A stretch of 62,806 nt of DNA, from contig JAKDNL010000001.1 of NCBI GenBank assembly GCA_030451825.1, positions 1-62,806 on the forward strand, written 5' to 3'. The stretch is from Pseudonocardia sp. GTDB taxonomy: Bacteria > Actinomycetota > Actinomycetes > Mycobacteriales > Pseudonocardiaceae. The number at the start of each line of letters is the position of its first letter. Within the stretch, counting starts at the first letter, position 1. This document shows positions 56,949 to 62,806 of this stretch, one piece after another. The notes beneath the pieces are model-generated. The model had not been told where the DNA came from, ran no database searches, and saw only the letters and a program-made list of their open reading frames with translations. A program made the translations under genes and the position numbers.

Positions 56949-56994
56949 AATGGCGGTCCCGACCCTGACGGTGACCCCCGTACCCGGAGGCCCC

Positions 56995-57768
56995 ATGAGC
57001 GAGACCAGCACCGGCGGCTCGATCCAGAGCGTGCTCAATGCGCTGCGGATCCTCGAACGCGTCGGTACCGACCAGCCGGTCGGCGTGTCCCGACTCGCGC
57101 GCGATGTGGGGCTGCCCAAGACCTCCGTCCAACGAGCTCTGAACACGCTCGCCGACGCGGGATGGCTGCGGCCGGTCGGCGGTGACCTCACGCGCTGGGA
57201 GCTGACCTCCCGGATGCTGGGGATCGCCCTGCACGCCTTCGGCGAGTTCTCCCTGCGCGACCACGCGGACTCCGCCATGGACGAGTTGCGCAGGCGCACC
57301 GGGGAGACCATCCACCTGGTGGCGCTGGACGAGGACTGCGGCATCGTCGTCCACCGCCTCGACTCCTCGCAGGCGGTCCGCGCGTTCGTGCAGGTCGGTA
57401 CCCGTTCACCGCTGCACGCCACCGCCAGCGGGCAGGCCATCCTGGCGTTCCAGCCGAAGGCCCGGTCCAAGGAGATCGTCTCCGGGACGCTCGAGACCTA
57501 TACCGACCGCACCGTCACCGACGCCGCCGCGATCCTGGACCGGCTCGCGGCGGTCCGCGAGCGCGGATACGCGGTGAACGTGGCGGAGTGGCGCCCGGAG
57601 GTCGCCTCGATCTCCGCCCCGATCCTGAGCCGGGACGGGACCGCGGTTGCGGCGATGACCATCTCGATCCCGCTCAGCCGCTATCGCGACGATCTCGTGG
57701 AGACCTACGGCGGCTGGGCTCGCGAGCTGGCACAGTCGCTCGGACCGGTGTCAGCGGAACGCCGCTGA
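56995..57768 (+). CDS. IclR-family transcriptional regulator
   Basis: IQSVLNALRILE...GLPKTSVQRALNTL, TGETIHL, PLHATASGQAILA, RERGYA; GGAGG RBS. Confidence 0.94.
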   Translation: MSETSTGGSIQSVLNALRILERVGTDQPVGVSRLARDVGLPKTSVQRALNTLADAGWLRPVGGDLTRWELTSRMLGIALHAFGEFSLRDHADSAMDELRRRTGETIHLVALDEDCGIVVHRLDSSQAVRAFVQVGTRSPLHATASGQAILAFQPKARSKEIVSGTLETYTDRTVTDAAAILDRLAAVRERGYAVNVAEWRPEVASISAPILSRDGTAVAAMTISIPLSRYRDDLVETYGGWARELAQSLGPVSAERR

Positions 57769-57784
57769 CCTGCCCGGTCGACCC

Positions 57785-58708
57785 TCAGGCGACGCCCCGC
57801 AGCCACCGCCCGATCTCCAGCAGGGCGTGGTCGGCGTCCGGGGAGACTGCGCGCAGACCGAGGAACCCGTGGATCTGCCCCGGGTAGCGCCGCAGGTCGA
57901 CGGGTACACCCGCCGTCGCCAGCCTGCGGGTGAACTCCTCACCGTCGTCGCGGAGCACGTCGAGCTCCGCGGTCAGGATCAGCGCGGGAGGCAGTCCGGA
58001 CAGGTCCGGCGCGTGCAACGGCGACAGGTGCGGGTCCCGGGGATCGACGTCGGGCGCGTAGGCCGTCCAGTAGTACCGCATCTCCGCCGCGGACAGGTTG
58101 TAGCCGTGCGCGTTGTCGGTGTAGGCGGGGAGGGCGGTGGTCGCGTCCAGCGGCGGGTAGACCAGCACGAGCCCTCGCGGACGCAGCGCAGCATCTCTCA
58201 GCGCGACGGCGGTGGCCAGGTTGCCGCCCGAGCTACCACCGGCGAGCACCAGACGCCCGGGATCGCCACCGAGCGACTCGGCCCGCGCGAGGATCGCACG
58301 CGTCACGGCCGTGCACTGGTCCACCGGTTGCGGGAACCGGTGCTCGGGGGCGAGCCCGTAGTCCACGCTGAGCACCAGTGCGCGTCCGGCGTTGGCCATC
58401 ACGCGGCAGGGGTGGTCGTGCGTCTCGAGATCCCCGAACACCCAGCCGCCGCCGTGGAAGTAGACGACCACGGGGAGCCCGGGTTCCGGCGTCGGCCGGT
58501 ACAGCCGGACCGCCACCCCCTCGATGTCCAGGTCGCGGATCTCGTGAACCGGCACCGTCGACGGCACGGGAGCCGGACCGGCTCGCAGGACATCGGCGAT
58601 CTCGCGGCATCGCGCGGCATCCCAGGGCCCGGCGCCGAAGGTCTTCTCCCGGTCCGCGACGGCCGGCAGGGTGAGGAACGCGGCGACCTCGGGGTTCGGC
58701 CCGGTCAT
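57785..58708 (-). CDS. Alpha/beta hydrolase (HSL family IV esterase)
   Basis: YFHGGGW, DYGLAPEHRFP, GGSSGGNL, DVLRDDGE, HGF. Confidence 0.92.
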   Translation of the reverse strand: MTGPNPEVAAFLTLPAVADREKTFGAGPWDAARCREIADVLRAGPAPVPSTVPVHEIRDLDIEGVAVRLYRPTPEPGLPVVVYFHGGGWVFGDLETHDHPCRVMANAGRALVLSVDYGLAPEHRFPQPVDQCTAVTRAILARAESLGGDPGRLVLAGGSSGGNLATAVALRDAALRPRGLVLVYPPLDATTALPAYTDNAHGYNLSAAEMRYYWTAYAPDVDPRDPHLSPLHAPDLSGLPPALILTAELDVLRDDGEEFTRRLATAGVPVDLRRYPGQIHGFLGLRAVSPDADHALLEIGRWLRGVA

Positions 58709-59625
58709 CGGTTCTCGACGCTGAACGGCGAAGGCGCGTCCGGGCGGGCCAGCGGGAGATCGTCCACCTGGAACGCCGCGATCTCCTTGGGATCCTCGCC
58801 GAACAGGCCGTCGATGCGGGCCGCGGCCGCCTCGTGTCCCGCAGCCCAGTCGAGGTCCACCGCATCGGACACCGCGAAGGTGCGGACGAGCGAGACGTGC
58901 CAGCCGTGCACCACGAACAGCTGCCCGGTGATGTCGCCTGCGTGCTCGCTGCAGAGGAACTCCACGAACCGACCGACATGGGTGGGCGACCACTCCTCCA
59001 GAGCGGCCGGGTCGAAGTCGCCGACGCCGTCGCGCATCATCTTGGTGTAGGCGCGCGGGGCGATCGCGTTGACCCGCACCCCGTAGGCGCGCAGCTCGCG
59101 GGCCAGTGTCTGGGCCATGACCGCGACACCTGCCTTCGCCGCCGCGTAGCTGCTCTGGCCCGGGTTGGCCAGGATCGCGGCGCGGGAGGTGGTGAGCACC
59201 AGGGTGGCGCGCCGGGCGTCAGCGCCGCCCCGCTCGCGGTCGCGCCAGTAGCGCGCCGCCTCCCGGGCGAGCCAGAACGTGCCTCCCAGGGTGGCCGAGA
59301 CCACGTCCGACCAGTCCGCGTCGTCCAGGTCGTAGATCATCCCGGTCCGCAGCACGGCGGCGTTCGCGACCACGCTGTCCAGGTACCGGCCGTCCGCGGT
59401 GGCCGCCGCGACCAGCTCACGCGCCGTCTCCGGCCGAGAGACGTCGCCAGCGACGCCGGCTGCCACGCCGGGTCCGCCCAGCGCGGCGACCGTCTCCCGT
59501 AGGAGGTCGGAGTCGACGTCGTTGAGTACGACGAACGCACCGGAGCCGGCGAGCCGCTCGGCTTCCGCACGCCCGATGCCCTGTGCGGCGCCGGTGACGA
59601 TCGCGGCCCGACTTCGCTCGCTCAT
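58705..59625 (-). CDS. SDR-family oxidoreductase (FabG-like, C-terminally extended)
   Basis: TGAAQGIG, VVLND, VANAA, GQSSYAAAK, VNAIAPRAYT. Confidence 0.92.
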   Translation of the reverse strand: MSERSRAAIVTGAAQGIGRAEAERLAGSGAFVVLNDVDSDLLRETVAALGGPGVAAGVAGDVSRPETARELVAAATADGRYLDSVVANAAVLRTGMIYDLDDADWSDVVSATLGGTFWLAREAARYWRDRERGGADARRATLVLTTSRAAILANPGQSSYAAAKAGVAVMAQTLARELRAYGVRVNAIAPRAYTKMMRDGVGDFDPAALEEWSPTHVGRFVEFLCSEHAGDITGQLFVVHGWHVSLVRTFAVSDAVDLDWAAGHEAAAARIDGLFGEDPKEIAAFQVDDLPLARPDAPSPFSVENR

Positions 59626-59627
59626 GA

Positions 59628-60674
59628 TCAGCCTCTCCCGGCCAGTGCGGTGATCATCGTGGACACCCACACGATGTGCTCCGCGGTCTTCTCGACGATG
59701 TGGAATTCCTTCGGCTCCGGTCGCAGCCGGGTACGCTGCGCCCACCAGCCCGCGGGGTCCTGCGAGTCCCGGTACCACGCGGTCATCAGCAGGAGATGCT
59801 CGACGAGCCCGTCGTCGGGGGCCGCATCGAGGACCGCCGCGGCGCCCAGGCCGAGTTTGCAGACGCCGGTGGACTCGGTGAACCGGTACTGCTCACCGGT
59901 TGCCGCGTCGTGCAGGTGCAACAGGTCCCGCGCGGTGCGCACGGCCTCCGCCCAGCCCGTCGCGGCGCCGTAGCGGGCTAGGAACGCCGCACCGATCCCC
60001 GGGTTGTGGAAGGCCTGGCGTGGTTCGGCGAAGTCGACCACCAGGTTGTAGGCGTCGTCCTCGGGCACCTCGGTGATCAGGCCGTCCGGTCCCCAGCCCA
60101 CGTGCAGGCGTCGCGGGAGCTCCGGTTGCGCGGCGATCAGCGCGCGGAACCAGCCGTACACGGCGTCGGCGACGTCCGTCCGCCCGGTGAACAGCGCGGT
60201 CATCCCCAGCTGGGCGGTCGGGAACAGGAGTTGGCGTCCCGTCGCCCGAGCCTCCGGCCGCTCCCAGTAGGCCCCTCCCGTGTCCGGGTGCTGCAACGGC
60301 CCGAGGGCCTCCCACACCGCGCGGGCGGTGTCGTAGTGCTCGAGCGCCCACGCGCCGTGGGCGATGATGCTGAGTGGATAGGTGGCCGCCATCCGGGTCC
60401 AGGCCGCCCGCGGGGTCCCCTCCCGGAGGTCACCGCCGTCGGTGAGGGCCTCCCGTTCGATCCAGCCGAGGACGGCCGCCGCTGCGCCGCGCTCCCCCGC
60501 CGTGGCCAGGGCCCACGGCAGCCGGTAGTAACCGTTGTGCTCCTCGGCGAAGGCGGGCGCACCGTTCGAGCCGACCCGGTCCAGCAGCCAGCGGACCGCC
60601 CGGTCGCGCACCTCCTCCAGCTGTGCGCGAGCCTCGGCCACGCCCCAGGGGACGCCCTGCACCGCGTCCGTCAT
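59628..60674 (-). CDS. Hypothetical protein, probable alpha/alpha-toroid fold
   Basis: Helical repeats with prenyltransferase/cyclase-like motifs RAVRWLL...NG, LQHPDTGGAY, SQDPAGWW; GAGGA RBS; fold is inferred. Confidence 0.7.
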   Translation of the reverse strand: MTDAVQGVPWGVAEARAQLEEVRDRAVRWLLDRVGSNGAPAFAEEHNGYYRLPWALATAGERGAAAAVLGWIEREALTDGGDLREGTPRAAWTRMAATYPLSIIAHGAWALEHYDTARAVWEALGPLQHPDTGGAYWERPEARATGRQLLFPTAQLGMTALFTGRTDVADAVYGWFRALIAAQPELPRRLHVGWGPDGLITEVPEDDAYNLVVDFAEPRQAFHNPGIGAAFLARYGAATGWAEAVRTARDLLHLHDAATGEQYRFTESTGVCKLGLGAAAVLDAAPDDGLVEHLLLMTAWYRDSQDPAGWWAQRTRLRPEPKEFHIVEKTAEHIVWVSTMITALAGRG

Positions 60675-60701
60675 CGTTTCCTCACCCTCGCCGCCCATCT
60701 C

Positions 60702-60718
60702 GTACCACTGTTCGGAAC
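60702..60718 (-). promoter_or_regulatory. Third candidate IclR operator
   Basis: Minus strand GTTCCG-aacag-TGGTAC between divergent genes. Confidence 0.55.
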
Positions 60719-60787
60719 GCTGTACCGAATCTTTCGGAAGTATGGAAAGGTCCACTCATCCTGTCAACGACGCCGACCGGAGGGCCG

Positions 60788-61759
60788 ATGCCGACCGAGG
60801 GCCTCAACCGGCGCGAGCACAGCCGCGCCACCGTCGACGATCTGGCGCGGCGGTACCGCACGTGGGATCGGTGGGGCGAGGGCGACGAGCTGGGTGCCGC
60901 CCACCGCGTCACCCCGGAACGGATCGCCGCCGCGGCCCGGCTGATCCGGCGGGGCACCGTGTTCTCCCTGGGCCTGCCGCTGGACCGGCACGGTCCGATG
61001 CGCGGTGGCGGTCCTCGCGTCAACCCGCAGCACGTCATGCTGCGCACTCCGCACGACCCGCTCCCCGGCCGTGACGACGGCGGGCTGCAGCGGGCCGCGG
61101 ACGACGCGGTCTACCTCCCCCTGCAGTGCTCCACCCAGTGGGACGCCTTCTGCCACATCTTCTACGACGGCGTCACCTACGGCGGCCGGGGCTACGACAG
61201 CGTCACCACCCTGGACGGCGCCGCCCACAACAGCATCACCGGCCTCGCCGACCGGGCTGCCGGCCGCGGGGTGCTGCTCGACGTCGCCCGCCATCTCGGA
61301 CGCGACGCCCTGGAACCGGGCGAGGCGATCCAGGGCGACGACCTCGCCGCCTCCGCAGCAGCCCAAGGAGTCGCAGTCGGGGCCGGGGACTTCGTACTCG
61401 TCCGTACCGGACACCTCGAACGGCGACGGGCCGCCGGCGACTGGGGCGACTTCGCCGGCGGGCCCGCCCCCGGGCTCGGGCTGAGCACCGCTGAGTTCCT
61501 CTGCGACCACGAGGTCGTCGCCGTCGCCACCGACACCTGGGGGGTCGAGGCGATCCCCTTCGAGACCCCTGACCTGATGTCCCCGCTGCACGTGGTGCTG
61601 CTGGTCAACGCCGGCATCTATCTCGGCGAGATGTGGGACATGGAGTCGCTCGCCGCGGACTGCGCCGCCGACGGCGTCCACGAGTTCTTCCTGACCGCTC
61701 CGCCGCTCCTGGTGACGGGCGCGGTCGGTTCCCCCCTGAACCCGCAGGCCATCAAGTGA
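60788..61759 (+). CDS. Cyclase-family (kynurenine formamidase-like) metal hydrolase
   Basis: RWGEGDELG, QCSTQWDAFCH, GRGVLLD, GDFVLVRTG, VATDTWGVE, GAVGSPLNPQAIK. Confidence 0.9.
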   Translation: MPTEGLNRREHSRATVDDLARRYRTWDRWGEGDELGAAHRVTPERIAAAARLIRRGTVFSLGLPLDRHGPMRGGGPRVNPQHVMLRTPHDPLPGRDDGGLQRAADDAVYLPLQCSTQWDAFCHIFYDGVTYGGRGYDSVTTLDGAAHNSITGLADRAAGRGVLLDVARHLGRDALEPGEAIQGDDLAASAAAQGVAVGAGDFVLVRTGHLERRRAAGDWGDFAGGPAPGLGLSTAEFLCDHEVVAVATDTWGVEAIPFETPDLMSPLHVVLLVNAGIYLGEMWDMESLAADCAADGVHEFFLTAPPLLVTGAVGSPLNPQAIK

Positions 61760-61881
61760 GCTGAAGGAGGGCTTCGCGCATCCACCCGGCCCCGGGCACC
61801 ACCCGCGGGCCGTCGCATCACCGGTCGAACCACCCCTGCGACCGGTGTTCCCACTCCGCCCACCGGCAGAGGAGCACCCAC

Positions 61882-62806
61882 ATGACGATCACCCCTGCCC
61901 AGGCCCCGCAACGACCCGTTCGTTTCGTCGATCCCGACGGCACCCCCACTCTCGACGGCGAGACCCACGGCATCGACCTCGATCTCGCCGTGCGACTGCA
62001 CCGGGACATGGTGCTTGCCCGGCGACTGGACCACGAGGCCCTGGCACTGCAGCGGCAGGGTGAGCTCGGACTCTGGCTGATGAGCTGGGGGCAGGAAGCC
62101 GCCCAGGTCGGCTCGATCCGGGCCCTGCGCGACACCGATCCCGTCTTCCCCAGCTACCGCGAGCACGCCGCAGCCCTGTGCCGTGGGCTCACACCGGCCG
62201 AGATCCTCGCCCAGTGGCGCGGATGCGTACACGGGGCGTGGGATCCCACCGCACACCGCTTCCACATCAACTCGCTCGTCCTGGGCGCCCAGACATTGCA
62301 CGCCACCGGGTACGCCGCGGGGGTCGCCCTCGACGGTACCGACGAGGTGGTCGCCGTCTACTTCGGTGACGGCGCCACCAGTCAGGGCGACGTGAGCGAA
62401 GCGTTCAACTGGGCCGCCGCGGCGTCGCTACCGGTGCTGTTCCTGTGCCAGAACAACCAGTGGGCGATCTCCACCCCCGCCGCCCGGCAGATGGGCTCGC
62501 CGATCCACCGCAGAGCCGCCGGGTTCGGTCTGCACAGCCAGGTCGTCGACGGAAACGACGCGCTCGCCGTGCACGAGGTGGCCCGCCGCGCCGCCGAGCA
62601 CGTCCGGTCGGGCTCGGGCCCGGCGCTCGTCGAGGCGATCACCTACCGGCGTGCCGGTCACAGCACGTCCGATGACCCCCAGCGCTACCGCGAGGCGGGC
62701 GAGCTGGCCCTGTGGGAGGAGCGCGACCCGATCGCGCGGCTGCGCGCACTGCTGGAAGCACGCGACGTCGAGCCCGCGTCGTTCACCGCCCTCGACGCCG
62801 AGGCCG
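61882..62806 (+). CDS. pdhA: 2-oxoacid (pyruvate/branched-chain) dehydrogenase E1 alpha subunit, runs off the window
   Basis: Not in the ORF track (no stop in window). Hand translation: GAGGAG RBS, LQRQGELG...GQEAAQVG...FPSYREH...FGDGATSQG...QNNQWAIS...VDGND...HSTSDDP. Confidence 0.9.
   Translation, partial: MTITPAQAPQRPVRFVDPDGTPTLDGETHGIDLDLAVRLHRDMVLARRLDHEALALQRQGELGLWLMSWGQEAAQVGSIRALRDTDPVFPSYREHAAALCRGLTPAEILAQWRGCVHGAWDPTAHRFHINSLVLGAQTLHATGYAAGVALDGTDEVVAVYFGDGATSQGDVSEAFNWAAAASLPVLFLCQNNQWAISTPAARQMGSPIHRRAAGFGLHSQVVDGNDALAVHEVARRAAEHVRSGSGPALVEAITYRRAGHSTSDDPQRYREAGELALWEERDPIARLRALLEARDVEPASFTALDAEA

Noticed and set aside
59628-60674. Squalene-hopene or terpene cyclase call
   Set aside because: Too short and lacks DxDD; only a fold-level resemblance is supportable.

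Overview
High-GC actinomycete DNA (Pseudonocardiaceae-like; inferred only from composition and gene types). The window is almost entirely an accessory catabolic region of about 58 CDS, with no rRNA, tRNA or CRISPR seen. Regulatory motifs read from the few AT-rich spacers divide it into four modules. (1) 0.6-13.3 kb: a LivH-LivM-LivG fusion ABC importer and an IclR/esterase/SDR/Baeyer-Villiger monooxygenase/MFS/SDR block. (2) 13.5-18.5 kb: a TetR cassette with P450, ferredoxin, reductase, a beta-hydroxyacid dehydrogenase and a CMD-like protein; it has its own operator and is followed by a tyrosine-integrase scar. (3) 18.6-51.7 kb: about 30 CoA-dependent, steroid/terpenoid-style catabolic genes, including two P450s (one with an atypical Arg-Thr pair), two heteromeric ACAD pairs, four crotonases, two thiolase-fold proteins lacking the nucleophilic Cys, a DUF35 protein, a mycofactocin-type SDR, a secreted Vgb-like propeller and a small desulforedoxin-like protein. 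Nine copies of one palindromic motif and two GntR/FadR paralogues with identical recognition helices tie this module together. (4) 51.8-62.8 kb: an IclR module with itaconate/methylsuccinate-type genes, an uncharacterised alpha/alpha-toroid protein, a cyclase-family hydrolase and a window-truncated E1-alpha gene. At the left edge a Gfo/Idh/MocA gene is cut short, probably by an IS630-like element. Substrates cannot be determined from sequence alone, and all family calls come from motif recognition without database searches.
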